From positions 32,001-96,000 of IMG/VR virus record IMGVR_UViG_2974673715_000001: DNA of 64,000 nt, one strand, 5' to 3'. The DNA comes from a virus. Lineage: Duplodnaviria; Caudoviricetes. The stretch's first letter is position 1, and each line of letters starts with the position of its first letter. The notes under the pieces are model-generated. The model made no database searches, was not told the DNA's origin, and saw nothing but the letters and a program-made list of their open reading frames with translations. A program made the translations under genes and the position numbers. Shown here piece by piece: positions 52,501-63,208 of the stretch.

Positions 52501-53652
52501 GTTATTCTTGACGCAGGTCAAAATGATTCAAATGGTGTTTCAACTTATAAGTTTAAGGTTGGTGATAGAGTTATTCGTAAAGTTGAAAATGCTAATAACA
52601 AAGTTGCAAAAGTATATGACTGGAATCCTGTTACCAGAGAACTTCTAGTTACTTTTGAAGTTGATGAATTAGCATTTATTGACGGTGGTATTCCTTCTAC
52701 TGAAGATGCTATCGTACAGTTTGATGCAGGAGTTGCTTCTAGTGCACCTTCTGGATTCCAACCTCATACTGTTCTTACAACTACTGGATCTAATATTTTC
52801 TTATTGACAGATCCTCCTTCTCTTTTGGCAGACAGATCTTTCCAAGATATTCTACCAACAGCAGCAGGTGATGGAATTGCTGACCTAGATAATACTGGCA
52901 CTGATTATGCTAATCAAATTAGTCTTGATGGTGGTATCTATAATTCTTTATATGGTATCGAAGAAACTCAAGGTGGAACAAATACAACACTATTCCAAGT
53001 TGGTGATAATGTAAAAGATGGAACTATTCCATTCAAGTATGCAACAATTCTGACTGCAGGTGCTTTGAGTGATGGTGTTGAACACACTGCACTTCTAACT
53101 ATTAAACTTGATGCAGCAAATGGTAATGGTATAAATTATAGCGTTAATGAAGTTGTTACAGGAGCAACTTCTGGAGTGATTGGAACTGTTGTTTCTTATG
53201 ATCCAACAACGACAACAGTAGTTGTAGGTAGCATTGTCCCATTTAATACTGGTAATATCAATGTTGGTATTGGTGGATATCTTTATGAGTTCTCTGATAG
53301 TGGAACTGTAGTTGATGTTATTATTCAAAATCCTGGCACAAACTATACTGCTGCACCAACAGTAACGTTTGAAAATATTGGTGACATTCAAGCGACTGGA
53401 ACTGCTGTTCTCACAGCTGCAGGAGACCAAGTTGCTTCTATTACTATCAATAATGGTGGATATGGTATTCAACAATCTGTTGATAACACATATAACCTAC
53501 ACCCCACAGTAACATTCACTAATGCAACTGGTGATACCACTGGTGCGGGTGCAGTTGCACAAGCAATTCTAGGAGGTGAGGACCTCGTAGGGAACGGTGG
53601 TGCACGATATAGAATCAAGAGTATTGAATATCAAGCAACTGTTCGCTCGTAA
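49510..53652 (+). CDS. Virion structural protein with YHYH-like and cupredoxin-like domains
   Basis: ALGIMANGV...GHSKILGVSFDGYPIYGPWG...LDEFNG...YPNGTYAYF; G.GY repeats. Confidence 0.75.
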   Translation: MTRTVPGTGAVIEPIFDEIFGVRAVKVLNGGSGYVPNDPPRLTVTGCGTPDEAALLYPIIDADSGRITHVRVLNRGKGYDPLRLQIIPEQETPNVVTSFDVNRVWQSHPNSPTTGTFTSDRLRLVSDNHPKPTQHFLTERQPGGSTDVVDRSFDHTIIYRGGKDVPYVGQRDFQKNKALGIMANGVLLHTPEWGTAAGTPTNFSADTVKYDYVKNTNTYDAVNDSGVYYYQSSKIVNEFALDNGVFDWGDIQLYTWNIKVETGNLVVGVSNLDETLGSIEVGRIVDEVSGTGRGEIAKIVRDNQNNVTRVYIRALTGDAFQDNDLLLGSNGFEFRISGDPISINPYYIDFGTDAAKFGPFTPGQFYIAPENIQVRANYLIKFNQSDASNQAGTGHPIRFSATPDGTLNNGTLYYNSTGVSQAPATDYESIYAPLFLMNSDEQTRIYFHCAYHRYMGGYAGDEGYMTLNTSAETYTPTNNYYARDFYQSNSSDPNTIDKSRYIDGHSKILGVSFDGYPIYGPWGYNSSGAVARETSSYRLRTTAELAGARPQVNTVSTVTYAVTISNGQFLFGGSRPNFLELDRGKTYIFNQNDASNDSQHLLISTTDDGWHGQNPVIIGNTANLYSGNGIKYYIDGSEVTYQSYLSGFNLATSREVRFTVPVNAPTALYLFAYTTAGHGIRTVQEGYVLGDLVEDYIYDSSVGTLDEFNGKFAVTPEYPNGTYAYFMSEDSSGNPAYPYAVGPKFYGTPLFEGDITPAQPTVFPTDAEGDVVLADDGSVSYIKMTKKGDNFFGPAKAKILGGEGTGAVGTPTVQTVTGLALLDGGRSYATPPTLIFEGGGGQGAQGAAEIDTLGKVTSIAITNPGEFYQEPPFILITGGGGIGAKAEATIDQGVITAINITDPGNGYTSIPNVIFTKLVTLKRKSRARQAFNSSNIYLTGLVKNVTSNDTEIYVDSTDAFPGSGQIILNYETITYTSKSAGKFGGLTRGVNFNYDQRVILDAGQNDSNGVSTYKFKVGDRVIRKVENANNKVAKVYDWNPVTRELLVTFEVDELAFIDGGIPSTEDAIVQFDAGVASSAPSGFQPHTVLTTTGSNIFLLTDPPSLLADRSFQDILPTAAGDGIADLDNTGTDYANQISLDGGIYNSLYGIEETQGGTNTTLFQVGDNVKDGTIPFKYATILTAGALSDGVEHTALLTIKLDAANGNGINYSVNEVVTGATSGVIGTVVSYDPTTTTVVVGSIVPFNTGNINVGIGGYLYEFSDSGTVVDVIIQNPGTNYTAAPTVTFENIGDIQATGTAVLTAAGDQVASITINNGGYGIQQSVDNTYNLHPTVTFTNATGDTTGAGAVAQAILGGEDLVGNGGARYRIKSIEYQATVRS

Positions 53653-53656
53653 CCCT

Positions 53657-53664
53657 CATAAATA
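53657..53664 (+). promoter_or_regulatory. Late promoter (CATAAATA)
   Basis: Upstream of gp8. Confidence 0.75.
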
Positions 53665-53689
53665 AACAGGAGGACAATAGTATCCCAAA

Positions 53690-55222
53690 ATGGCAGCCCT
53701 ATTAACTGATCAATTTAGAATATTTTCTGCAAAGAAATTTATAAAAGCACTGGAAGGTCCTGACGCAACTCAGAGTGACGATGCAGCGGGAACTTCCCGT
53801 GATCGTTTGTATCTTTTCATTGGTAGACCCCAGACTTGGGATAATGAAAACTCGCCCCCACAGGCAGTAGACTCATTCTCAGAATTTTCTGGATCGTACG
53901 ATGACATGATATCGATGAAGAGAGTCCTCGCTTCTGACACGATTCAGGTCGTTCGTAGAATTGACTGGGTTTCCCCAGAACAAACTACAGGTGGACTAGG
54001 TTTTACCTATGACATGTATAGACATGACTATTCTCCTACCAAAACTGCTGCTTCAGGTGCTACCAAATTATATGACTCAGACTTTTATGTTGTGAATTCG
54101 CAATATCAATGTTATAAAGTCATCTATAATGGAACTTCTCCTTCAGACCCAAATGGAAAACCTTCTACAGTTGAACCTACAGGTACTTCTACTTCAATTA
54201 TCACTACTGGTGATGGTTATCGTTGGAAATACATGTATACCATCCCCGTAGCATCGGTTCTTAAATTTTTCTCAAATGACTACATGCCTGTCTTCACCAA
54301 TACATCGGTAAAGACAAATGCAGTTGCAGGTGAAATTGATACAGTTGTTATCAACTCTGCAGGTTCTGGTTACAACAACGGAACTTATGATAATGTTGCA
54401 ATTAATGGTGATGGAACTGGTGGTCGTGTTTCTATCGTTGTAGACGGTGGTAAGATTATTTCTGCTACTGTTACTTCTGGTGGAACAGGATATACATTTG
54501 GTAAAATAAGTGTTGACAACATCACTGGTATTGGAACAGGAACTGGTGCCATAGTTGATGTTATCATTCCTCCTCCAGGCGGACATGGATCAGACGCAGT
54601 TGTTGAACTGGGTGCTTTCCGTGTAATGATCAACGCCAAACTATCATATGATGAAGGTGCAGGTGACTTCCCAATCGATAACGATTATCGTCGTATTGGT
54701 CTTGTTACTAATCCTTTAAAATTTGGAACTTCTGAATTGATTTCTGATTTGACGGTTTCTGCTACAAAGGCAGCAATCTTCTCCCCTACATTCCAAGGCA
54801 ACTATGTGCCTGATGAAATTATTACTCAAACACGAGTTGTTGGTGGAACCAACGTTACTGCTCGTGGTCGTGTTATTTCTTGGAATGCCACAACTAAAGT
54901 TTTGAAATATTATCAGAACGCTATTGATGGTATCTTCCCCGAAGTTACAGGGACACAAAATGAGTTTGACGGATCTAACGTCATCAATGGTGCAACTTCT
55001 GGTGCAGCTGGTCAACCAGATGTTAATTTCCCTGCTGTTCCCAACTCTTCTTCTAGAACAATCAACAACACAGAATATGATTTGGGTATGAAGTTTAACA
55101 ATGGTTATTCCAAACCAGAGTTAGCGTCAAATAGCGGTCAGGTAGTTTATATAGATAATAGACGAGCAATCAGTCGTGCTAACGACCAAGTAGAAGACAT
55201 CAAAATCGTAATCGAATTCTAA
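53690..55222 (+). CDS. gp8: Baseplate wedge subunit gp8
   Basis: LYLFIGRPQTW, YDMYRHDYS, DGYRWKYMYTI, YIDNRRAISRANDQVEDIKIVIEF. Confidence 0.92.
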   Translation: MAALLTDQFRIFSAKKFIKALEGPDATQSDDAAGTSRDRLYLFIGRPQTWDNENSPPQAVDSFSEFSGSYDDMISMKRVLASDTIQVVRRIDWVSPEQTTGGLGFTYDMYRHDYSPTKTAASGATKLYDSDFYVVNSQYQCYKVIYNGTSPSDPNGKPSTVEPTGTSTSIITTGDGYRWKYMYTIPVASVLKFFSNDYMPVFTNTSVKTNAVAGEIDTVVINSAGSGYNNGTYDNVAINGDGTGGRVSIVVDGGKIISATVTSGGTGYTFGKISVDNITGIGTGTGAIVDVIIPPPGGHGSDAVVELGAFRVMINAKLSYDEGAGDFPIDNDYRRIGLVTNPLKFGTSELISDLTVSATKAAIFSPTFQGNYVPDEIITQTRVVGGTNVTARGRVISWNATTKVLKYYQNAIDGIFPEVTGTQNEFDGSNVINGATSGAAGQPDVNFPAVPNSSSRTINNTEYDLGMKFNNGYSKPELASNSGQVVYIDNRRAISRANDQVEDIKIVIEF

Positions 55223-58200
55223 TGGCACAAAATACCAACCTAAACGTCACACCATATTACGACGACTTTGATACGAGTAAAAACTTCTATCGAGTTTTGT
55301 TTCGTCCTGGTTTCCCTATTCAAGCGAGGGAACTTACAACGATGCAAAGCATCATGCAAAACCAAGTGGAGAATGTTGGTGCTCACTTGTTTAAAGATGG
55401 TGCGATGGTTATTCCAGGTCAAGTTGGTTATGACCTGACTGTTGATTGCATCATGCTCCAAGAATCTTTCTTAGGTGCTGATGTTGAACTTTATAGAACT
55501 CAATTAAATGATAAGATCATCACTGGTCTTACTACAGGTGTAAAGGCAAAAGTTCTTTACAGTATTTCTTCTACAGAATCAGATAAAGGTTATATCACTC
55601 TATATGTAAAGTATATTGAGTCTGGTGGAGCTAACAGCACTCAAGCAACTTTCGCAAATAATGAACAATTAATTACAGATACTGAAATCACTTTCGGAAC
55701 CACTTTGATTGAAGTTGGTTCTCCTTTCGCACAATTACTTCCTACTGGTGCTCTTCAAACAGGTTCTGTTGCTTATGTGCAATCTGGTGTATATTTCATC
55801 AGAGGATTCTTTGTTGATGTCCCATATCAATACATTCTTTTAGATCAATATGGAAGCAACCCCTCCTATCGTATCGGACTTGATATTCAAGAATCAATCG
55901 TTACCCCAGAAGATGACCTTAGCCTCAACGATAATGCTGCAGGAACATCTAACTATGCTGCTCCTGGTTCTCATAGATTTAGAATCACCACAAACTTAAT
56001 TAAGAAACTTCTTACTGATGATGCCGATAAAAACTTTATCGAACTTCTTCGTATCAATGCATCAAAGGTAGAAAAACTTCTTGATAGAACTGCGTATGAT
56101 GAATTAGAGAAGAGTATTGCACTTAGAACTTTTGAGGAGTCTGGAGATTACGTTGTTAAAGACTTTGAGGTCACTGTTAGAGAAAACCTTGATGATGGTT
56201 TTAATAATGGTGTATATGCTGCGGGTGCTACAACTTCATCTGGTGCAGTTGCTGCAGAATCAAAATACTCTGTTGAATTTGGTGCAGGTGTAGCGTACGT
56301 TAGAGGATATAGAATTAAGAGATTAGCACCAACCTACGTTGACTTAGACAAACCTCGTGAAGTTAAGGCAGCACAGAACACGATTGTTCCATTTGAAATG
56401 GGCAACTTTACAACTGTAAAAAATGTTTATGGATTCCCTAATGTTGCAGGTTCTACAATCACTAATGCATATCAAACTGTAGAATTAAGAGATGCATTTA
56501 CAACTACACCAGGTGATGCAAATGGTGTTGTTATTGGTTTTGCTCGTGTTTCCTCTATGGAGCATGTTGGTGATCCTGATAATACTTTTGGAAATGCTGA
56601 TGATCAATATAAGTTGAATATCTTCGATGTTCAAATGTTCACAGTTTTAGAACTAGCAACTGCTCAAACTATTGCAGCAGGTTCACTAGTTATTGGTGCA
56701 ACCTCAGGTTCTAGAGCATATCTAGTCAATGCTATTTCTAGTGATGATACTCTCATTGTATATCAAGTAGAAGGTAGTTTTGTAGAAGGTGAGATGGTCA
56801 CCGTTGATGGAGAAGCAGTTGATACTATCTCTGCATTACATAGTTACACATATTCTGATACTCGTCAGTATGTCTCCAGAGATGAAAGCACAAATGCTGT
56901 TGAATTTACTGCAGATGCAATCTTAGAAGATGTTTTACCTGTTGAGGGTGAAACCTTTACATACAGCACTACTGCAGGTAATGTTTTAACTACAGATACT
57001 GTCAGTGCTGCTGATGGGTCTAGAACTGCAGGAACTTATACCATAGGTGCATCTGACTACACTACTGATGCAAATGGAACAGGAGCAACATTCTCTATCG
57101 TAATTGACGGTTCTGGTGCTGCAACAGTTACTATTCTTAAGGGTGGTTTTGGGTACGTTGTAGATGAAACATTTACTATAGCAGATGCCAAACTTGGAGG
57201 AGGCGGTGGTGCTGCACTCACATTTGATGTTGCTACAGTTGGTCCTTCTATTGAGGGTTTACAATCAAACTTTGCTTTAGATCTAAGACCTGGTGATCAA
57301 GTATATTTTAGTTCTACAGAATTTGTTACTGTTGACACTGTAACTCAAACTGCAATCGCTACTACTAATACATCAAACATCTTTAATTATGGAAGACAAC
57401 TTGTAAATGTAACAGCTGGTTCTGCTGCTCCTTCTGCAGACACTTATAACGCTGCAGTCAGATTAAGAACTAAATTGAATGGCATCAATAATGCTGATCT
57501 TCTTAGCGATATGCCTAAGAAATACGTTAAGAGTATTTCTGATGAATCTATGATTGTTAGAAGAACATTTGATGCTCAGACTGTTGCTTCTAACTCTATC
57601 TCTATTACTTTACCTGAGAACGAACAGTTCCAAGCAATCAGTGATGAGAACTATACATTTACAGTTCTTGCAGGATCTAACTCTACTCACCCAGTTGGTG
57701 ATCAGATCACTATCAATACTACTAACTCTAGTGCTGTTGGATATACCACATTCTCAACTTCTGAAAGAACAACTTTACAGATTGCTAACTTAACAAATAT
57801 TACTTCTATTAAAGTAACAGCGACTATTTCTAAGAACGTTACTACTAGAAAAACAAAATCTGGTAATCAGATGTTTGTTCTTAAAGTTAATAAAACAACT
57901 CAAAATCTTGATAAGCAAAATTATAATTTAACATATTCAAATCTATACGGAACAAGAATTCAAGATAGAGACATCTCTCTTGGTTTAGTTGACTGCTATC
58001 GTCTCCATGCTGTATATGAATCTCTAGATGATAATGATCCTGTTATCCCATCTGTAACTTTAGTCGAACCTACTTTCTTTGCTACAGGAACTATCGTAAC
58101 TGGTAGAACTTCAAAAGCAAGGGCAAAAGTTGTTGCTTTCTCTTCAGGAACCCTGAAACTTAATGTTGTTTATCTATCTGGTATATTCCAACCAGGTGAA

Positions 58201-61200
58201 ATTCTTGATGGTTTTGACAGTAATAATACTGCAATCAATGCAATTATTAATGATAGTGCAGGATCTGTTATTGTTGGTTCAAAAGTTGTAACTGATAGTT
58301 ACTTCATGGAATCAAATCAAACAGGTTTTATGTATGATATTTCTAAAATTGTTCGTAAGAAAGGTATCGTTGCTCCTGTTAGAAAATTAAAAATTATTAT
58401 TGACTACTACAGTCATTCTGCAACTGGAGATTATTTTGGTGGTCAATCTTATCTCGATACATCATACAGCGATATTCCCTTCTTTAAGGTTAAATTCCTT
58501 GCTGATTACCTAGACTTTAGACCAGGTGCAAAGAACTTGTTTAGTGGAACAGGTACGGTAGCATCTCCTGCATTTGTAAATTGTTCTACATTTGACTTTA
58601 AGTCAAGAGTGTTTAATGTATCTGGAACACCTAATGCTACAGTCTTTGATATTCCAAAATTAAATAGTAATTTCCGTTGTGATTTTGATTGGTATCTACC
58701 TAGAGTTGACAAATGTTTTGTCACTCCTGATGGTGAGTTCCAAATTATTAAAGGTAAATCTTCTGAAAGACCAAAAGAACCTGATTCTCTAAAAGATGGT
58801 ATGCTTATAGCAACCATATCACATAAACCATATGGTTTTGATCCACTTGCAGATGTAGTAATTAAACGTTCTGATAATAAACGTTATACCATGCGTGATA
58901 TCGGTGGTTTAGAACGTAGATTAGATCAGGTTGAATATTATACATCACTCAACATGCTTGAGACTGATACAATCAATACTCAAATTCTTGATGCTAGTGG
59001 TAAGAATCGTTTGAAAAATGGATTTATTGTTGATGATTTTGGTGATCATAGTAAGTCTGATGTTGGACATGAAGATTTTTCTGCATCGCTTGACTTTAGA
59101 CAAGGGTATGCTCGTCCCTCTCATTACACAACTAACGTTCCTTTAGTAATTAATACAACTTTATCAACTAATATTCAACAAACTGGTCCTCTAATTACGT
59201 TACCATATACTGAAGAGGCGATTGTTAATCAACCATATGCTTCTCGTGTTGAGAATATTAACCCATTTAACGTCTTTACCTATATCGGTCGTATTACTTT
59301 AACACCTGGTTCTGATGATTGGTTGGATACTAATAGACTTCCTGCATCAGTTCAACAGATTGAAGGTGATTTCTTACAAGTTTCTTCTGAATTAAATGTT
59401 GATCAGAATGGTTTTGCTCCAATTGAATGGGGAGCATGGGAAACTACATGGACAGGTGAAGAAGTCATATCATCTGAGGTAACTAGAAACTCTCATTGGT
59501 TAGAAGAAGATATCGGTAGATCACCTAGACCTGATGTTTGGGATGGTCGTGGTATGCGTCGTGTTAATCAGACTGATACAATCGAAGTTACTGAAGATCA
59601 AGTAAGATCTGGTGTTAGAACTCAAGTTATTCCTAGAATTGATCGTCAATCTATGGGTGATGCTATTCTTTCTAGCACATCTATTCCTTGGATTCGTTCT
59701 AGAAACGTTGAAGTTGATGTTGCACGTCTAAAACCAAGAACACGTTTCTATTCATTCTTTGATGGAAAGGCAACTATTGATTATCAGATTCCTAAGATTA
59801 TTGAAATTATTAAAGATCCTACAGTTGATAGTAGAACAAACTCTACTCCCTTTGTTATTGGTGAAACCGTAACAGGTGAGATTAGTGGTTGTAAGTTTAA
59901 GGTTGCTGCTCCTGATGATTTTTATAAGTTCAATCCTTATGATGATACAACACTTCCTACTTCATATGCATCTACAACTGCATTCTTGAACATTGATACT
60001 ACTGAACTTTCTAAGCAAGCAATCGGTGACTTCTATGGAAATATGCAGGTTCAAGAAGTATTAGTTGGAACTTCTGGTGCTCGTGCTGTTGTTAAAGATC
60101 GTCGTCTAATTTCCGATCGTTTTGGTAAATTAAAAGCATCATTCTTTATTCCTAATCCTGGTGTAGATACAAACCCAAGATGGGCAACAGGAACTAGAAC
60201 TTTAAGACTTTCTACATCTGATGTTGATTCACGTCTTTCTGGTGCAGTTGCATCTTCTGCTCAAACTTCATATGAAGCAAGAGGTACGTTAAACACAGTT
60301 CAAGAAAATATCTTGGCAATTCGTAACGCAGAAATAGTTAATGATACTGTAACTCAAGAACAAACAATTCAGACAACTAGAACTGAGAGTAGACAGATTG
60401 GTTGGTATGACCCTCTCGCACAATCATTCATTGTTGATGAAGTCGGTGGTCGTTTCCTTACTTCAGTTGATGTTTACTTCTTTAAAAAGGATACAAACAT
60501 TCCAGTTTCTATGCAAATCAGAACAATGGAAAATGGTTATCCTACAACAACCATTCTACCTTTCTCTGATGTTACTCTAGAACCTGATCAGGTTCAGTTA
60601 TCAGAATCTGCTGCAGTTGCAACTAGATTCACATTTGATGCCCCTGTATACATTCCTCAATCCCAAGAACATTGTTTTGTTCTCCTTTCTGACTCTAACT
60701 CATATCAGATTTGGATTTCTAGAATGGGTGAGATTGATATCTCTGGTGACAGAACAATTTCCGAACAACCTTATGCAGGTGTTCTATTCAAATCTCAGAA
60801 CGCTACTACATGGACTGCAGATCAATATGAAGATCTTAAGTTTATTATCAACGCTGCATCATTCAGTAATACTGGACAAACTAAACTTGTATTGAATAAT
60901 GCTGAACTCGGTAGAGGAAATGGTGGTAAGTTAAATCTTCGTTCTGATGCTATTCAAACATTCCAACCAGAATTAGTTCTTACACTTAATTCCACAACAT
61001 TACCTTACACAGTTGGTTCTCGTATCTATCAAAAGACTACTTTAGCAGAGGGTACGATTACTGCAAGAACTGTAACAGCAGGTGGTGTTCAATTAACTAT
61101 TAATGATATTAGTGGTAACTGGGCAGCAGGATCTAATACTGGTGGAGTAATTGCTAACCGTGTTGTTTCTTCTAAGACATTAGCAACTATGGTTGTTAGT

Positions 61201-62688
61201 GGTGCTTCTGGTGACTTTACAGTCGGTGAAACAATTACAGGTAACTCCTCTACTGCTCCTACTGCAGAAGTTGTAAGTTGGACTACTGGAACAAATACAC
61301 TGACACTTAAATATGTGTCTTCTGCGTTTACTCCATCATCAGAAACTATTACTGGTGGAACTTCAACTAAAACTGCAACAGTCAGCAGTATTACTTACTC
61401 TGGAGACGCTGTTGAGTCTGCTGCAATCCAACCTTCCTTCCCAACAGGAACACCAACCTATTCTACAAATCAAAGAAAGATTCGTGTTTATCATAGTAAT
61501 CACTGTATGCACAGTGCATCTAACAATGTGATTATTGAAGGTGCTAAATCTGAGGTTTCTGATACTGCTTTGACTGCATCTATATCTGCTACAGATACTA
61601 GTATTGCTGTAGGAGACGCTACTGCATTCCACAAGATTATTAACGGTGCTGCTATTGGAACAAGTAACGTTGGTTACATTAAGATTAATGATGAAATTAT
61701 TTCTTATAGTGCAATCTCTAGTGATAACAAAACTATTACTGCTCATGAACGTGGTCTTGGAGGAACAACCGCAGCATCACATGCAGATGAGTCTGTAGTT
61801 GAGTGTTATAACTTAGATGGTATTCCTCTAATCGAAATTAATAAAACTCATGCAGGAATTGGAGATGTTACTTTAGATTACTATGAAATTTCCACATCAT
61901 CTATTGCTAGATTAGGAATTCTTGGTGGTGGAGCAGGTATCATAGCATCACAAAATATTCAATACAGCACTCTTGTTCCTCAGATTCAGAAGATGTTGCT
62001 TCCTAAGACTGACATTACTGCTAGAATTAACACAATTAGTGGTACGTCTATCAATGATGGATCTACTTTATCTCAAGCATCATTCTCAAATGATGGAGTA
62101 TTCTCTGATATTATTTTAAGTCAGGATAATGATTTGATTACACCACAATTAGTTTGTTCTGCAATCAATGAATCTTCTGAACTTAGCGGTGCTAAGTCAT
62201 TCAGAATGGATCTTACAATGACTACTGATAAGACTACAATTTCTCCTGTTATTGATACAGATAGAATGTCTATCACTTTGGTATCTAACCGTATCAATAG
62301 TCCTTCAGATCCTAATACTGCAAAACTATCAGTTGGTGATGGACATGATGCAGTTTATATTACTAAGACTGCAACTCTAACTAATCCTTCTGGTTCTATC
62401 AAAGTTTATTTTGCGGGATATCGCCCACCCAACAGTGAGATTAAGGTGCTATATAGAGTGCGTCCTGTTGGATCTTCTGTTCCTATAGAACAACTGGGAT
62501 TTGACTTCTTCCCAGCTGCAGGTTCTAAAGTTCCTGCAACTACAGAAAGAGAAATATATTCATCATATGAATATGAAGTATCTGGTTTGAGTTTTGATCA
62601 ATATCAAATCAAAGTAGTGTTTGTTTCTCCTAATCAGGCATTAGTGCCGATTATCAAAGATCTAAGAGCAATCGCTCTTGCTGTATAA
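55222..62688 (+). CDS. vrlC: VrlC-like virion structural protein (DUF4815)
   Basis: NLNVTPYYDDFD...VLFRPGFPIQARELTTMQS; RLKNGFIVDDF; YDPLAQSF; FKSQNATTW. Confidence 0.85.
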   Translation: MAQNTNLNVTPYYDDFDTSKNFYRVLFRPGFPIQARELTTMQSIMQNQVENVGAHLFKDGAMVIPGQVGYDLTVDCIMLQESFLGADVELYRTQLNDKIITGLTTGVKAKVLYSISSTESDKGYITLYVKYIESGGANSTQATFANNEQLITDTEITFGTTLIEVGSPFAQLLPTGALQTGSVAYVQSGVYFIRGFFVDVPYQYILLDQYGSNPSYRIGLDIQESIVTPEDDLSLNDNAAGTSNYAAPGSHRFRITTNLIKKLLTDDADKNFIELLRINASKVEKLLDRTAYDELEKSIALRTFEESGDYVVKDFEVTVRENLDDGFNNGVYAAGATTSSGAVAAESKYSVEFGAGVAYVRGYRIKRLAPTYVDLDKPREVKAAQNTIVPFEMGNFTTVKNVYGFPNVAGSTITNAYQTVELRDAFTTTPGDANGVVIGFARVSSMEHVGDPDNTFGNADDQYKLNIFDVQMFTVLELATAQTIAAGSLVIGATSGSRAYLVNAISSDDTLIVYQVEGSFVEGEMVTVDGEAVDTISALHSYTYSDTRQYVSRDESTNAVEFTADAILEDVLPVEGETFTYSTTAGNVLTTDTVSAADGSRTAGTYTIGASDYTTDANGTGATFSIVIDGSGAATVTILKGGFGYVVDETFTIADAKLGGGGGAALTFDVATVGPSIEGLQSNFALDLRPGDQVYFSSTEFVTVDTVTQTAIATTNTSNIFNYGRQLVNVTAGSAAPSADTYNAAVRLRTKLNGINNADLLSDMPKKYVKSISDESMIVRRTFDAQTVASNSISITLPENEQFQAISDENYTFTVLAGSNSTHPVGDQITINTTNSSAVGYTTFSTSERTTLQIANLTNITSIKVTATISKNVTTRKTKSGNQMFVLKVNKTTQNLDKQNYNLTYSNLYGTRIQDRDISLGLVDCYRLHAVYESLDDNDPVIPSVTLVEPTFFATGTIVTGRTSKARAKVVAFSSGTLKLNVVYLSGIFQPGEILDGFDSNNTAINAIINDSAGSVIVGSKVVTDSYFMESNQTGFMYDISKIVRKKGIVAPVRKLKIIIDYYSHSATGDYFGGQSYLDTSYSDIPFFKVKFLADYLDFRPGAKNLFSGTGTVASPAFVNCSTFDFKSRVFNVSGTPNATVFDIPKLNSNFRCDFDWYLPRVDKCFVTPDGEFQIIKGKSSERPKEPDSLKDGMLIATISHKPYGFDPLADVVIKRSDNKRYTMRDIGGLERRLDQVEYYTSLNMLETDTINTQILDASGKNRLKNGFIVDDFGDHSKSDVGHEDFSASLDFRQGYARPSHYTTNVPLVINTTLSTNIQQTGPLITLPYTEEAIVNQPYASRVENINPFNVFTYIGRITLTPGSDDWLDTNRLPASVQQIEGDFLQVSSELNVDQNGFAPIEWGAWETTWTGEEVISSEVTRNSHWLEEDIGRSPRPDVWDGRGMRRVNQTDTIEVTEDQVRSGVRTQVIPRIDRQSMGDAILSSTSIPWIRSRNVEVDVARLKPRTRFYSFFDGKATIDYQIPKIIEIIKDPTVDSRTNSTPFVIGETVTGEISGCKFKVAAPDDFYKFNPYDDTTLPTSYASTTAFLNIDTTELSKQAIGDFYGNMQVQEVLVGTSGARAVVKDRRLISDRFGKLKASFFIPNPGVDTNPRWATGTRTLRLSTSDVDSRLSGAVASSAQTSYEARGTLNTVQENILAIRNAEIVNDTVTQEQTIQTTRTESRQIGWYDPLAQSFIVDEVGGRFLTSVDVYFFKKDTNIPVSMQIRTMENGYPTTTILPFSDVTLEPDQVQLSESAAVATRFTFDAPVYIPQSQEHCFVLLSDSNSYQIWISRMGEIDISGDRTISEQPYAGVLFKSQNATTWTADQYEDLKFIINAASFSNTGQTKLVLNNAELGRGNGGKLNLRSDAIQTFQPELVLTLNSTTLPYTVGSRIYQKTTLAEGTITARTVTAGGVQLTINDISGNWAAGSNTGGVIANRVVSSKTLATMVVSGASGDFTVGETITGNSSTAPTAEVVSWTTGTNTLTLKYVSSAFTPSSETITGGTSTKTATVSSITYSGDAVESAAIQPSFPTGTPTYSTNQRKIRVYHSNHCMHSASNNVIIEGAKSEVSDTALTASISATDTSIAVGDATAFHKIINGAAIGTSNVGYIKINDEIISYSAISSDNKTITAHERGLGGTTAASHADESVVECYNLDGIPLIEINKTHAGIGDVTLDYYEISTSSIARLGILGGGAGIIASQNIQYSTLVPQIQKMLLPKTDITARINTISGTSINDGSTLSQASFSNDGVFSDIILSQDNDLITPQLVCSAINESSELSGAKSFRMDLTMTTDKTTISPVIDTDRMSITLVSNRINSPSDPNTAKLSVGDGHDAVYITKTATLTNPSGSIKVYFAGYRPPNSEIKVLYRVRPVGSSVPIEQLGFDFFPAAGSKVPATTEREIYSSYEYEVSGLSFDQYQIKVVFVSPNQALVPIIKDLRAIALAV

Positions 62689-62915
62689 TGAAAATTCCTG
62701 TAAAAGACAATGCGAATTGGTTTAGGGACTCCTATGCGGGTTCCGTCCAGTGTGCTGATAAATCTCTGTATGAGAAATATATGGCAGCACATAAAGCAGA
62801 ACAAGTCAAGAAAAGGGAATTTACTACTTTACAAAATGAAGTTTCTGAGTTAAAATCAGATATGAGTGAAATTAAATCACTCTTACTAACGTTAGTCCAA
62901 AACAAAACATCATAA
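62688..62915 (+). CDS. Small coiled-coil protein
   Basis: TAATG coupling; LQNEVSELKSDMSEIKSLL. Confidence 0.75.
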   Translation: MKIPVKDNANWFRDSYAGSVQCADKSLYEKYMAAHKAEQVKKREFTTLQNEVSELKSDMSEIKSLLLTLVQNKTS

Positions 62916-63130
62916 TGACTGTTGAAAAAGTATCACAAGAAGAGATGCATTCTCAATTTAAAGAGAGGTATCAAAAGTTGATTGAAGAAAATCAACAATT
63001 GTCTGCCAAAATTAAAGAAAATGAGGTGACTGCACTTAAACTATTAGGTGCTATTGAAACACTAGAATATTTTACAAAAGAAGAGGAAGAGACCGCTTCT
63101 ACTCCTCCTGATCCAGTTCCATCAGAATAA
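62915..63130 (+). CDS. Small coiled-coil protein
   Basis: TAATG coupling; ALKLLGAIETLE. Confidence 0.75.
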   Translation: MTVEKVSQEEMHSQFKERYQKLIEENQQLSAKIKENEVTALKLLGAIETLEYFTKEEEETASTPPDPVPSE

Positions 63131-63135
63131 TTTGA

Positions 63136-63161
63136 AGGGGGCACAGTCCCCCTCTTTTTTT
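63136..63161 (+). terminator. Rho-independent terminator
   Basis: AGGGGG-CACAGT-CCCCCT followed by C and a T-run. Confidence 0.8.
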
Positions 63162-63163
63162 AG

Positions 63164-63171
63164 CATAAATA
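63164..63171 (+). promoter_or_regulatory. Late promoter (CATAAATA)
   Basis: Between the terminator and the fibre gene. Confidence 0.7.
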
Positions 63172-63208
63172 ATAAATGAAGCATAATCTAATCGAGTTGT
63201 CGTAACAA

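Noticed and set aside
28439-62688. Numerous 60-127-aa alternative-frame and antisense ORFs inside structural genes
   Set aside because: Expected by-products of strong NNT/NNA codon bias; low-complexity translations without start signals
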